A DNA stretch of 64,000 nt from contig CAVOKF010000008.1 of the NCBI GenBank assembly GCA_963696385.1, forward strand, positions 224,001 through 288,000, given 5' to 3'. Both the position numbers and the translations under genes were made by a program. Under the pieces are notes generated by a model. That model was given only the letters and a program-made list of their open reading frames with translations, was not told the origin of the DNA and did not search any database. Below are positions 50,348 to 60,457 of the stretch, one piece after another (position 1 is the first letter of the stretch; each line of letters starts with the position of its first letter). The DNA is from an uncultured delta proteobacterium (lineage in GTDB: Bacteria; Myxococcota_A; Polyangia; Polyangiales; Polyangiaceae).

Positions 50348-51277
50348 ATGCACCCCAAGACGATTGCCCTATCCGCCCTCGCGGCGATTCTCACCGCCGC
50401 CACGGGGGCCCTGCCCGGAGCGACAGCGCGGCAAGCTACATCGACGCGGATGAGCCTAGGACCGGCCGCCCTTCGCTTCGGACGCAGCCTAGGGTCGCCG
50501 ACCGAGGGTCGTCTGGTCGGGGGGACCCACCTCGACGAAACCGTCTACATCCGTGTCATGCCAGCCGACGCAGCCGGGGACGTGCGGTGGGGACTCGAGC
50601 CGCTCGTCGAGATGATCGATCGAGCCGCCCGCACCGTGCGCCGGCAATTTCCCGGTCTCGTGACGTCGGTAGGTCACCTTTCGCGCGAAGGCGGGGGCGA
50701 CGTGGAGCGCCACCGTTCGCACGAAAGCGGGCGCGATGCCGACATCGGTTTCTTCGTTCGTTCCGCAGAGGGCCGGCAGCTGTTCTCGACGCATTTCGTA
50801 CCCTTCCGGTCGGACGGCACCGCGACCGGATGGCCAGGGGCATACTTCGACGATGGCCCAAACTGGGCGTTCGTCGCCGCACTCGTGACCGATCCCGAGG
50901 CACACGTGACGCACGTGTTCGTCGCCTCGCCGCTGCGCGCGCGCTTGCTTGCCTACGCGGAGCGAACCGGTGTCGCAGCCGCCGTCCGGGTCCGGGCCGC
51001 CGAGGTCATGCAACAGCCGCGTGGTGCACTTCCCCACGACGACCACTTTCATGTGCGCATTGCGTGCCCCGCTCGCATGAGCGGGTGCGTGGAAAACCCA
51101 CTCAAGCGCAACGTTGCGTCCACTCGAAAAAGCAAGGCGACGCGCCGACCGGGCGCGACCCCGCCGGCGCCCGCATCGGGCTCGACACCGCCGTCGTCTC
51201 CGGTCGACCCGAGACGCGACGAGTCGGGCGTCTTGCCGGCGTCGATGCCCGCGGCGGTCGACGACGTCGACGGTTGA
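50348..51277 (+). CDS. Penicillin-insensitive murein endopeptidase (MepA-like)
   Basis: Signal peptide, SLGSPTEGRL, HRSHESGRDAD, HDDHFHVRIAC. Confidence 0.88.
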   Translation: MHPKTIALSALAAILTAATGALPGATARQATSTRMSLGPAALRFGRSLGSPTEGRLVGGTHLDETVYIRVMPADAAGDVRWGLEPLVEMIDRAARTVRRQFPGLVTSVGHLSREGGGDVERHRSHESGRDADIGFFVRSAEGRQLFSTHFVPFRSDGTATGWPGAYFDDGPNWAFVAALVTDPEAHVTHVFVASPLRARLLAYAERTGVAAAVRVRAAEVMQQPRGALPHDDHFHVRIACPARMSGCVENPLKRNVASTRKSKATRRPGATPPAPASGSTPPSSPVDPRRDESGVLPASMPAAVDDVDG

Positions 51278-51316
51278 TGGGGCGAGCGCTACGGTACCGG
51301 CGATGAAGAGGCAGGT

Positions 51317-52756
51317 ATGAACAAGCTGGTCTCGACCGCCGTCGAGGCCGTGCGCGACATTCGCGATGGGGCGACGATACTCGCCGGGGGCTTCGGGTTG
51401 TGTGGCATTCCGGAGAACTGCATCCGCGCACTGTGCGAACTCGGAACGAAGAATCTGACGGTCGTATCGAACAACTGCGGAGTCGACGATTTCGGCTTGG
51501 GCTTGCTCCTGCGCAATCGGCAGATTGTCCGAATGGTCTCGAGCTACGTCGGCGAAAACAAGGAATTCGAGCGCCAGTATCTGTCCGGCGAGCTCGAAGT
51601 CGAACTGACTCCGCAAGGTACGCTCGCGGAGCGGCTGCGGGCCGGCGGCGCCGGCATTCCCGCGTTTTTCACTCCGACCGGCGCCGGCACGGCCATCGGC
51701 GACGGAGGCCTGCCCATTCGGTACGGACCGGACGGGCGCGTCGCGCAGTTCTCGGCCAAGAAAGAGACGCGAGAGTTCGGCGGCCGCGCGTGTGTGCTCG
51801 AGCCCGCCATTACCGGGGACTTCGCCCTCGTCAAGGCGTGGCGAGGAGACCGCCTCGGCAATCTCGTGTATCGCCACACGGCGATGAACTTCAATCCGAT
51901 GATGGCCGCCGCCGCCAAGATCACAATCGCGGAAATCGAAGAACTCGTCGAGGTCGGCGCAATCGAGCCGGATCACGTCCACACGCCGGGCATCTACGTG
52001 CACCGGGTCTTGGTCGGCGCCTCCTTCGAGAAGCGCATCGAGCGACGCACGACGAGAGATTCGCGTCCGATGAGCCCGCCGGCGCCCGACGGGGCTCGCC
52101 TGGCGGTCGCGCGCGACCGGATCGCGCGCCGGGCCGCCCAAGAGCTGCGCGACGGTTACTACGTCAATCTCGGCATTGGAATGCCTACCCTCGTGTCCAA
52201 CTTCGTACCCGACGGCATCGAGGTCATCCTGCAGAGCGAGAACGGCCTTCTCGGGGTCGGCCCGTATCCGAAGCCCGAAGAGGTCGATGCGGACGTCATC
52301 AACGCCGGCAAAGAAACGGTCACGATGCTGCCGGGGGGCGCGATTTTTTCGAGTGCTGAGAGCTTCGCGATGATCCGCGGCGGACACATCGACCTCGCCA
52401 TCCTGGGCGCCATGCAAGTGAGCGCGAGCGGCGACCTTTCGAACTGGATGATTCCCGGGAAAATGGTCAAGGGCATGGGCGGAGCCATGGATCTGGTCGC
52501 CAGCGCGAAACGTGTCATCGTCATCATGGAGCACACAGCCAAAGACGGCAGCCCCAAGATTCTTCGGGAATGCACGCTGCCGTTGACGGGCCGACGCGTA
52601 GTGCACCGCGTCATCACGGATATGGCCACTCTGGACGTCACCGCCGAAGGGCTCATCTTGCGCGAAGTGGCGCCCGGCGTGAGCGCGCGCGAAGTGCAGG
52701 ACAGCACCGAGCCGACCCTCAAAGTCTCCCCCGATCTGGTAAGTATGCGCTTCTAG
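51317..52756 (+). CDS. scoAB: Succinyl-CoA:3-oxoacid CoA-transferase, fused alpha/beta subunits
   Basis: [27 protein letters not shown] (alpha) and NLGIGMP, QSENG catalytic Glu, GMGGAMDL (beta) in one 479-aa ORF. Confidence 0.93.
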   Translation: MNKLVSTAVEAVRDIRDGATILAGGFGLCGIPENCIRALCELGTKNLTVVSNNCGVDDFGLGLLLRNRQIVRMVSSYVGENKEFERQYLSGELEVELTPQGTLAERLRAGGAGIPAFFTPTGAGTAIGDGGLPIRYGPDGRVAQFSAKKETREFGGRACVLEPAITGDFALVKAWRGDRLGNLVYRHTAMNFNPMMAAAAKITIAEIEELVEVGAIEPDHVHTPGIYVHRVLVGASFEKRIERRTTRDSRPMSPPAPDGARLAVARDRIARRAAQELRDGYYVNLGIGMPTLVSNFVPDGIEVILQSENGLLGVGPYPKPEEVDADVINAGKETVTMLPGGAIFSSAESFAMIRGGHIDLAILGAMQVSASGDLSNWMIPGKMVKGMGGAMDLVASAKRVIVIMEHTAKDGSPKILRECTLPLTGRRVVHRVITDMATLDVTAEGLILREVAPGVSAREVQDSTEPTLKVSPDLVSMRF

Positions 52757-52763
52757 AAGAAGC

Positions 52764-53642
52764 ATGCCCTGGCCTGAAAAGAAACCTCCCGAAGGCGACG
52801 CCGCCGAGAAAAAGACCCTCGGCAAAGGCGTCTTTCGCAAATGCGACGGCTGCGGGGAGACGCTGCCCTCCGACGCTCTCGCTTCGAACTTCGAAGTCTG
52901 TCCGCAGTGCGGGCGCCACCACAAGCTCAGCTTCGTCCGGTGGCGGCAGCTGATCCTCGACGACGGGTGCTTCGACGAGTGGGAGGCGCACCTTGCGCCG
53001 GCGGATCCACTGGAATTTACGGACGGAAAGACGTACCCGGAGCGGATCGCGGCCGCGCAGCGCTCCTCTCACGCCAAGGAAGCGATCGAAACCGGATCCG
53101 GACGCATCGGCGGCCACAGGGTGGCGTGGGGAGCTTTTCTCTTTGCCTTCATGGGCGGATCGATGGGCAGCGTCGTCGGCGAGAAGGTGACGCGTCTCTT
53201 CGAGCGAGCGACCCAGCAGAGGCTTCCGGTCGTTTTGCTGCACGCGTCGGGGGGCGCGCGCATGCAAGAGGGAATTCTGAGCCTGATGCAGATGGCCAAG
53301 ACCGTCGGCGCGCTGGAACGATTGAAGGCGGCGGCGCTGCCCTTCATCAGCATCCTGCTGCATCCGACGACCGGCGGAGTCGCAGCGAGCTTCGCTCTGC
53401 TCGGCGACGTCAACATCGCCGAGCCCGAGGCTCTGATCGGATTCGCCGGGCCGCGCGTCATCGAAAGCACGATCCGACAAAGGCTACCGGCCGGATTTCA
53501 GCGCAGCGAGTTCTTGCTGGCGCATGGAATGATCGACCGAATTGCCAGCCGGCTCGAGATGAAGCGCGAGATTGCGACTCTGCTCGGGCATTTCATGGGG
53601 CAGGCGGGGCATGCAAACGGACACGCGCCACCGGGAGGATGA
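52764..53642 (+). CDS. accD: Acetyl-CoA carboxylase carboxyltransferase beta subunit
   Basis: CxxC...CxxC zinc finger, FMGGSMGSVVGEK, SGGARMQEG, GFAGPRVI. Confidence 0.97.
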   Translation: MPWPEKKPPEGDAAEKKTLGKGVFRKCDGCGETLPSDALASNFEVCPQCGRHHKLSFVRWRQLILDDGCFDEWEAHLAPADPLEFTDGKTYPERIAAAQRSSHAKEAIETGSGRIGGHRVAWGAFLFAFMGGSMGSVVGEKVTRLFERATQQRLPVVLLHASGGARMQEGILSLMQMAKTVGALERLKAAALPFISILLHPTTGGVAASFALLGDVNIAEPEALIGFAGPRVIESTIRQRLPAGFQRSEFLLAHGMIDRIASRLEMKREIATLLGHFMGQAGHANGHAPPGG

Positions 53643-54930
53643 ATCCGTCACTGTTTCGCTGCAGTCCGCTCTGTCGGACCTGTACGCACGAGTTTCGCTC
53701 GGAATGCGCCTCGGCCTCGAACGGATGCGGGCGGCGTGCGAACGACACGGGCATCCGGAGCAGGCACTGCGCGCCGTCCACGTCGCCGGGACGAACGGCA
53801 AGGGCAGCGTCTGCGCCATGCTCGAGTCGATCGCCCGATCTCACGGACTTCGAACGGGCCTGTACACGTCACCGCATCTTTGCCGATTCGCCGAGCGGAT
53901 CCGGATCGACGGCGAGCCCATCGACGACGCGACTCTCGCGCGTCTGCTGAGGCGCGTCCTTGCATCCGAAGCGGATCTCTCCTTCTTCGAGGTCGCCACG
54001 CTCGCGGCGTTCCTCGCGTTCCGTGAGGCTCGCGTCGACCTCGCGGTGATCGAGGTCGGCATCGGCGGCCGGCTCGACGCGACCAACGTGCTGCCTCTGC
54101 CGGCGGCAGCTGCGATCACGCGCATCGCGATGGACCACGCCGATCGCCTCGGCCCGACTCTCGCGCACATCGCCCGGGAAAAGGCCGGCATCGCCAAGCC
54201 CGGTCTCGATATCGTGCTGGGCCCCATGTCGGACCCCATCCGGGCGACGGTCGATGAGGTCGCGCGCGCCTGCGGGGCGACCACGAGCCGTCCGCGCCCG
54301 GCGTCCCTGCCGCGCGCGATCGGGCTCGCCGGCTTTCACCAACGGCACAACGCGCGCGTCGCTGCAGAGCTCGGCGCACGCATCGGCGCGTCGCGGACGG
54401 CCATCGACCGGGGACTCGCACTCGCCCGCTGGCCGGCAAGGCTCGAGCGCATCGGCCCTTACCTGGTCGACGCCGCGCACAACCCGGACGGAGCTCGAGC
54501 GCTCGCGCGGTACGTACGCGCTCTTTCACTGCCTCCCGAACAGGTCGCCCTCCTGTTCGGCACGCTCGCCGACAAGGAATGGCGACCGATGTTGAAGGCG
54601 CTCGCGCCCTTCGCCGCGACCCGCATTTACGTGGCCCCGGAGGCATCGGCCCGATCCGCGGTCGACCCGGACCAGATGCGCGCCCTCTGCCCGGGGACCG
54701 TCGCGGCGAATCTGGACGGTGCGCTCGCTCTGGCTGCGGCCTTCGTCGACCCCGGACGCGGCCTGCACGATGCCGCTTCGCCCTTGCCCGACGGGGGCAT
54801 CGGGGCCGACCGGGCCGGCCGCCCCACGGCCGCCCACCGGATCGTCGTCGTCGCCGGTTCCATCGTCCTCGTCGGAGACGTTCGCGGCAGGCTCTGCAAC
54901 CTGCCGCGCGACCCTCCGGTCGCACTTTGA
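53611..54930 (+). CDS. folC: Dihydrofolate/folylpolyglutamate synthase
   Basis: HVAGTNGKGS, YTSPHL, EVGIGGRLDATN, DAAHN. Start uncertain. Confidence 0.94.
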   Translation: MQTDTRHREDESVTVSLQSALSDLYARVSLGMRLGLERMRAACERHGHPEQALRAVHVAGTNGKGSVCAMLESIARSHGLRTGLYTSPHLCRFAERIRIDGEPIDDATLARLLRRVLASEADLSFFEVATLAAFLAFREARVDLAVIEVGIGGRLDATNVLPLPAAAAITRIAMDHADRLGPTLAHIAREKAGIAKPGLDIVLGPMSDPIRATVDEVARACGATTSRPRPASLPRAIGLAGFHQRHNARVAAELGARIGASRTAIDRGLALARWPARLERIGPYLVDAAHNPDGARALARYVRALSLPPEQVALLFGTLADKEWRPMLKALAPFAATRIYVAPEASARSAVDPDQMRALCPGTVAANLDGALALAAAFVDPGRGLHDAASPLPDGGIGADRAGRPTAAHRIVVVAGSIVLVGDVRGRLCNLPRDPPVAL

Positions 54931-54970
54931 AGGCCCCGCCGCGAACGGCTAGCATGGCCCTCGATTCCCG

Positions 54971-55456
54971 ATGCCCAGTTTCGATGTCGTCTCGAAGGCG
55001 CAGCTGAACGAAATCGACAACGCGTTCAACCAGGCGCAAAAGGAAATCGCGCAGCGCTTCGATTTCAAGGACACCGACACGGTCCTCGAAAAAACGCCGG
55101 AGGCGATCACGATCCGATCGGGAAGCGAAGACCGCGCCAAGGCAGCGCTCGTCGTCGTGCAGGAAAAGCTCGTCAAACGCAAAGTTTCCCTTCGATTCCT
55201 CGACATCGGCAAGGCGGAACCGACCGCCAAGGGCGGCGCCCGCATCGTCGCCACGATCAAAGAAGGCATCGAGGTCGAGAAGGCCCGGGCCCTCGTTCAA
55301 ATGCTGAAGGAATCCAAGCTCAAGGTGCAGACGTCGATTCAAGATCGACAAGTGCGGGTCACAGGCAAGAACAAGGACGACTTGCAGGCCGCCATTCAGT
55401 CGATACGCGAGCGCGACTTCGGTATCGAACTTCAATTCGTCAACTTCAGAGATTGA
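54971..55456 (+). CDS. yajQ: YajQ family nucleotide/c-di-GMP-binding protein
   Basis: MPSFDVVS...RFDFK...VRVTGKNKDDLQ...LQFVNFRD. Confidence 0.96.
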   Translation: MPSFDVVSKAQLNEIDNAFNQAQKEIAQRFDFKDTDTVLEKTPEAITIRSGSEDRAKAALVVVQEKLVKRKVSLRFLDIGKAEPTAKGGARIVATIKEGIEVEKARALVQMLKESKLKVQTSIQDRQVRVTGKNKDDLQAAIQSIRERDFGIELQFVNFRD

Positions 55457-55465
55457 ACCTTACGA

Positions 55466-56917
55466 ATGAAAAAAATCGTCGGCAGCAGCGTGACGAAGAC
55501 GAAGACGGCGCACCCCAAGGTTTCGAACGGCGGATCCATGAACGGCGGCGCGACCGGCGCCGGCGCGCGCAAGCTCTTCGGCACCGACGGGATTCGGGGC
55601 ATTGCCAACGAGTACCCGATGACGCCCGAGCTTGCTTTGCAGCTCGGGCGCGCCGTCACCTTCGTCGCCGGACGCGGCAAGGCGCATTCCCCCCGCGTTC
55701 TCGTCGGCAAGGACACCCGACTGTCCGGTTACATGCTCGAGCAGGCGATCGCCAGCGGTGTCTGCGCGACGGGAGGGCGCGTGATGCTGTGTGGCCCGAT
55801 GCCGACCCCCGCCATCGCCCACTTGACCGTGAGCATGCGTGCGGACGCCGGCATCGTGATCAGCGCGAGTCACAATCCTTATCAGGACAACGGAATCAAG
55901 ATATTCGGGTCCGACGGCTTCAAGCTGCCGGACGAAGCGGAGAGCGAAATCGAGCGGCTGATGGAAAACCATGAGCTGCTCGGCGCACGCTCGACCGGTC
56001 CCGGAATCGGCCGTGCGGAGAAGCTCGAGGATGCGCGAGGCCGCTACGTCGTGTTTCTCAAGCAGACCTTTCCGTCCGACCTCTCGCTCGACGGGGTGCG
56101 CGTCGTCGTGGACGCCGCGCACGGGGCCGCCTACCGCGTCGCTCCGTTGGTCCTTCAGGAGCTCGGCGCCCACGTCACGGCGATCGGCGTCAAACCCAAC
56201 GGCTTCAACATCAACAAGGACTGTGGAGCGCTGTTTCCCGAGCACGTGCGGGCCGAGGTCGCCAAGCGTGGCGCCGCCATCGGAGTGGCTCTCGACGGCG
56301 ACGCCGACCGGCTGATCGTCGTCGACGAGAAGGGCCAAATCGTCGACGGCGATCAACTGCTCGCCATGTGCGCCCGGCAGATGTGCTCGGACGGGAGCCT
56401 CAAGAAGAAGACCGTCGTCGCGACCGTGATGTCGAACCTGGGCCTCGAGCACGCCTTGACTCGATTGGGCGCCACGCTCATTCGCACCCAGGTCGGCGAC
56501 CGATACGTGGTCGAAGCGATGCGCAACGGTGGCTACAACCTCGGCGGCGAACAATCGGGACATCTGGTGTTTCTGGATCACGCGTCGACGGGCGATGGCG
56601 TCCTCGGCGCCCTGCAGGTGCTCGCGCTCATGTTGAGAACGGGCAAACCGTTGAGCGAGCTGGCGAACGAGGCGATGCAGCGCGTTCCTCAGGTCCTCGA
56701 GAACGTCACGTTGCCCGCCCGCAGGCCCCTCGGCGACATGCGACGTCTGGGGCAAATGACCTCCAGCATCGTGCGTGCACTCGGCGATCAAGGCCGTGTT
56801 CTGGTGCGCTGGAGCGGAACGGAGCCGAAACTCCGAATCATGCTCGAAGGACCCAGCGAACCGAGGCTCAAGGAGTGGGCCAAAGACCTCGCCGAGGCTG
56901 CAAGGCTTGAGTTTTAG
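55466..56917 (+). CDS. glmM: Phosphoglucosamine mutase
   Basis: LFGTDGIRG, GKDTRLSG, ISASHNPYQDNGIK, DGDADR, GGEQSGH, RWSGTEP. Confidence 0.97.
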   Translation: MKKIVGSSVTKTKTAHPKVSNGGSMNGGATGAGARKLFGTDGIRGIANEYPMTPELALQLGRAVTFVAGRGKAHSPRVLVGKDTRLSGYMLEQAIASGVCATGGRVMLCGPMPTPAIAHLTVSMRADAGIVISASHNPYQDNGIKIFGSDGFKLPDEAESEIERLMENHELLGARSTGPGIGRAEKLEDARGRYVVFLKQTFPSDLSLDGVRVVVDAAHGAAYRVAPLVLQELGAHVTAIGVKPNGFNINKDCGALFPEHVRAEVAKRGAAIGVALDGDADRLIVVDEKGQIVDGDQLLAMCARQMCSDGSLKKKTVVATVMSNLGLEHALTRLGATLIRTQVGDRYVVEAMRNGGYNLGGEQSGHLVFLDHASTGDGVLGALQVLALMLRTGKPLSELANEAMQRVPQVLENVTLPARRPLGDMRRLGQMTSSIVRALGDQGRVLVRWSGTEPKLRIMLEGPSEPRLKEWAKDLAEAARLEF

Positions 56918-56928
56918 GGTACCCGGAT

Positions 56929-57047
56929 CACCCTGAGCGTTCGCTCCGCCTCGACTCGCTTCGCTCGCTCGGCTCCGCTCTCGCCGACCCGGTACGTGCG
57001 ACACGTCGAGGGGAGCGAGTGCCGCTCCCCTCGAACACCCCAGCAGG
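56929..57047 (-). repeat. Single inverted copy of the 119-bp hairpin element
   Basis: CACCCTGAGCGTTCGCTCC...CCCCAGCAGG, 11 nt after the glmM stop. A degenerate copy follows at about 57057-57136. Confidence 0.95.
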
Positions 57048-57136
57048 CCCCAGCCGGCGGCGAGAACGTGACCCTGAGCTCTCGCCGACCAGTGCCCGCG
57101 ACACGTTGACGGGATTCGCCTCGGGCACCCCAGCGG

Positions 57137-57323
57137 TACGGGAGAACGGCCATGATCGTCGCTTCCTTCCAGCGCATGGGCGGCCCGGGCCTCGATGTTC
57201 GGCCTCGTGCTTCTCGTGCTCAAGGCGAGCCGCCATCTCTTGGGGGGTCTCGTCTCGGACGGCCAGGGTGCCGAGAGCGTCCGTCAGAGCGCTGATATCG
57301 AGCTTCTTCGTCGGCACCAGCAC
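57137..57323 (-). pseudogene. Truncated/frameshifted small gene downstream of the RHH gene
   Basis: MLVPTKKLDISAL...DETPQEMAARLEHEKHEAE continues plausibly in shifted frames (EARAAHA / RWKEATIMAVL), then runs into a degenerate repeat copy. Confidence 0.5.
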
Positions 57324-57331
57324 CCTCTTCT

Positions 57332-57544
57332 TCAGATCCCAACAATTTCGGTCGCTAGCTCTTGATCCTTGTGGGCGACCCCAAACTTCTTGCCATCTTC
57401 CTTCGCCTGGACGGCAACCTCCATCAGAACCACGGCACGGCGTAGAACGTCGCTCTTGGTCCCGTGAATCTTCTCGGCAAGCTCCTCCAGCTTCGCGTTC
57501 AGCTGGGACGAGACCTCAAGGCTCAGCCTAATCTTCTCGCTCAT
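57332..57544 (-). CDS. CopG-like ribbon-helix-helix DNA-binding protein
   Basis: IRLSLEV strand, LEELAE..TKSDVLRRAV helices, GGAG RBS. Confidence 0.85.
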   Translation of the reverse strand: MSEKIRLSLEVSSQLNAKLEELAEKIHGTKSDVLRRAVVLMEVAVQAKEDGKKFGVAHKDQELATEIVGI

Positions 57545-57579
57545 TTGTCTTCGTCTCCATACAGGCGTCGGTGAATCAC

Positions 57580-57607
57580 ATACGCTTAAACAGCGTATTA
57601 AATACGC
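57580..57607. promoter_or_regulatory. Overlapping inverted repeats (three ATACGC boxes), candidate RHH operator
   Basis: ATACGCT-taaac-AGCGTAT (57580-57598) and GCGTATT-a-AATACGC (57593-57607) in an AT-rich stretch upstream of the RHH gene. Confidence 0.55.
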
Positions 57608-57729
57608 CTATTGTGAGCTGAACCTACGCTGAATCTGCGCGTCGTCAAGCACCCCACGCGCCGAAGGTTAATCTGCTCCGAATGCCGAATGACCGGGTTC
57701 GTCCGCGAAACCAGAGGGCCATGGGCGAC

Positions 57730-58060
57730 CGACGCGTCGCGAGTGCCGGGTCGGCGAGAGAGGAGCCGAGCGAGCGAAGCGAGTCGAGGCGGAGCGAACG
57801 CTCACGTTCTCGCCTCCTGCTGGGGTGCTCGAGGGGAGCGGCACTCGCTCCCCTCGACGTGTCGCGAGTGCCGGGTCGGCGAGAGCGGAGCCGAGCGAGC
57901 GAAGCGAGTCGAGGCGGAGCGAACGCTCACGTTTTCCCCGTCCTGCTGGGGTGCTCGAGGGGAGCGGCACTCGCTCCCCTCGACGTGTCGCGAGTGCCGG
58001 GTCGGCGAGAGCGGAGCCGAGCGAGCGAAGCGAGTCGAGGCGGAGCGAACGCTCAGGGTG
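57730..58060 (+). repeat. Array of one partial and two near-full/full copies (126-bp period) of the 119-bp element
   Basis: Partial copy 57730-57804, copies starting 57816 and 57942, last ends 58060, 8 nt from the ahcY stop. Confidence 0.95.
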
Positions 58061-58068
58061 ATCCTGGT

Positions 58069-59380
58069 TTAGTAACGATAATGCTCCGGCTTGAAGGGGC
58101 CCTCTGGCGAGATGCCCAGATAGCCGGCTTGGTCCCCGGTCAACTTGGTCAGCTTCACGCCGAGCTTGGGCAGGTGAAGTGCGGCGACCTTCTCATCGAG
58201 CTTTTTCGGCAGCGTGTAGACCTTGCGCTCGTACTTCGAATAGTTCTGCCAAAGCTCGATCTGCGCGATCGTCTGATTCGAGAAGCTCGACGACATGACG
58301 AAGGAGGGGTGTCCGTTGGCGCAGCCAAGATTCACGAGCCGCCCTCGAGCCAGCAGCGTCAGCCGCTTGCCGTCCGGAAACACGAACTGGTCCACTTGCG
58401 GCTTGACGTTCACCTCCTTGATTTCGGGGTTCTTCTCGAGCCACGCGACGTCGATCTCGCAATCGAAATGACCGATATTGCAAATGATGGCCTGGTCCTT
58501 CATTGCGCGAAGGTGTTCCTGCCGGATGACGCCGAGGCAGCCGGTTGCGGTCACGAAGATGTCTCCGATCGGAGCGATTTCCTCCATCGTGGTCACCTGG
58601 TACCCCTCCATGGCCGCCTGCAGCGCGCAAATCGGGTCGATCTCGGTCACCACGACGCGCGCGCCCAGCCCGCGAAGCGACTGGCAGCACCCCTTGCCCA
58701 CGTCGCCGTAGCCGGCGACGACGGCAACCTTTCCGGCAAACATGACGCCTGTCGCGCGCTTCAGTCCGTCCCCGAGCGACTCGCGACAACCGTAGAGATT
58801 GTCGAACTTCGATTTGGTCACGCTGTCGTTGACGTTCATCGCCGGGACTTGCAACGTGCCTTTCTTCGCCATGTCGTACAGACGGTGAACCCCGGTGGTG
58901 GTCTCCTCGGTGAGACCGCGGATCGGGTCGGCCCCGGAGAAGAGCCGGGGGTGCTCGGCGTGCACGATCTGTGTCGAAATCGCCGCCGTCATCGAGGAGC
59001 ATGTTCGGCCCCTTGCCCCCGCTGAACGCGCGAAGCTGCCTCTCGATGCACTCGTTGTATTCGGCTTCGGTTTCGCCCTTCCAGGCGAACACGGGAATCC
59101 CACGGTGGGCGACCGCCGCCGCCGCGTGATCCTGGGTCGAGAAGATGTTGCAGGTCGTCCATGTCACCTCGGCGCCCAGGTCGATGAGCGTCTCGATGAG
59201 CACGGCCGTCTGAATGGTCATGTGCAAGCAGCCCGCGATACGGGCGCCCCGCAACGGCTTGGTCGAGCCGAATTCGCCGCGCAGCGCCATGAGCCCGGGC
59301 ATCTCGCTCTCGGCGATTTCGATCTCCTTGCGGCCCCAATCCGCGAGCGTGATGTCTTTGACCTTGTAGTTATGAGCCAT
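58069..59380 (-). CDS. ahcY: Adenosylhomocysteinase (one +1 frameshift near 58975)
   Basis: [32 protein letters not shown] | [37 protein letters not shown]. Span is 1312 nt = 3n+1. Confidence 0.96.
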
Positions 59381-60401
59381 TTGTCCGTCCTTTCCCGTCC
59401 GGGTGATTCGGCTTGTTTGCCACGAGCACCTGCCAGGGCAGATGCCGATCCGGTCCATCTCCACAAAGCACGGATGGAATCCGTGCGACCACTGCGCCCT
59501 CGAGGCCGGCGGCGCGCGCAAATCGCCGGAGCGCCGCTGGGGCGAAGCCGAGCCACGCGTCGGCCTGATCGCGCATCGACTCGTCATCGTGCGCGGCATA
59601 CTCGATGACGACGACCGAACCGCCCGCCGCGCAGAGCGACGCCAGCTGTCCCAGTCGCTCTGCCGGCTGCGGCGCGTGATGCAGCACGCGCGAAGCGAAC
59701 ACCGCATCGGCACCCGGATCGGATCCGCTTTGGCCGGCGATGAGCCCCAGAGCACGAAGTACTTGCGGCGAATCGATCTCGGCATCGAGCAATTCAACGT
59801 TCGCGAAACCGCGCATCGCGATCCTCTCTCTCGCGCGCTCGAGCTGCACCTTCGACCGATCGACGGCGATGACGCGCTCGTACACCGGGGCAAGCACATC
59901 GAGAAGCCGTCCGTCGCCTGTTCCCGCGTCGACCGCCATCGAACGGCGGGGCAGCAAGCACGCGAGCGCACGGAGGTAGGCCCCCGTCTCGGCCGGCATC
60001 GCGTCGAGCCGCACCTTGCTCGGGCGCCCGAAGAACTCGCGCGTCGGCGCCTCGCGCGCGCGCAGCGCGTCGGGAATGCGAGAAAGACTTCCGTCGCGCT
60101 CGCAGAGAGCGCGCCCGCTACGTAGGGCATCCGCAACGACCGGATCGCGCGACGCGCCGGAGGCGGTCCGAACGAGCGTCCGGGTTCCTTCCCGCCGGTC
60201 CTGAAGCAGACCCGCTTGCCGCAACGCGGCCGCATGGCGGGAAATGTTGGGCTGGTTCTCCTCGAGCAGGTCAGCGAGCTCGCCGATACCGAGCTCCTCC
60301 TCCGCCGCGAGAGCCAGCAGGCGCAGCCGAACGGGCTCGGCAAGAAGCCTGTAGAGCTCCCAGCGCCGGGGACCCGCGAGATTCACGTCCACAAGCACCA
60401 A
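59370..60401 (-). CDS. sahR: SahR-type regulator: ArsR HTH plus SAM-binding methyltransferase domain
   Basis: [35 protein letters not shown]. Overlaps the ahcY start. Confidence 0.85.
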   Translation of the reverse strand: MVLVDVNLAGPRRWELYRLLAEPVRLRLLALAAEEELGIGELADLLEENQPNISRHAAALRQAGLLQDRREGTRTLVRTASGASRDPVVADALRSGRALCERDGSLSRIPDALRAREAPTREFFGRPSKVRLDAMPAETGAYLRALACLLPRRSMAVDAGTGDGRLLDVLAPVYERVIAVDRSKVQLERARERIAMRGFANVELLDAEIDSPQVLRALGLIAGQSGSDPGADAVFASRVLHHAPQPAERLGQLASLCAAGGSVVVIEYAAHDDESMRDQADAWLGFAPAALRRFARAAGLEGAVVARIPSVLCGDGPDRHLPWQVLVANKPNHPDGKGRTNGS

Positions 60402-60405
60402 TTCT

Positions 60406-60421
60406 ATGCACGCATGTGTAT
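60406..60421. promoter_or_regulatory. Imperfect palindrome, candidate SahR operator
   Basis: ATGCAC-gcat-GTGTAT immediately upstream of sahR in a short divergent intergenic region. Confidence 0.4.
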
Positions 60422-60457
60422 GGATGCAAGAAGGTCATTTCATGGCACTATGAGCCG

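Noticed and set aside
57668..58072. Small ORFs read through the repeat (MPLPSSTPAG..., ...CWGARGERHSLPSTC...), also at 14594-15732 and 28698-28952
   Set aside because: They are translations of the 119-bp element in various frames, without RBS support or coding-like variation.
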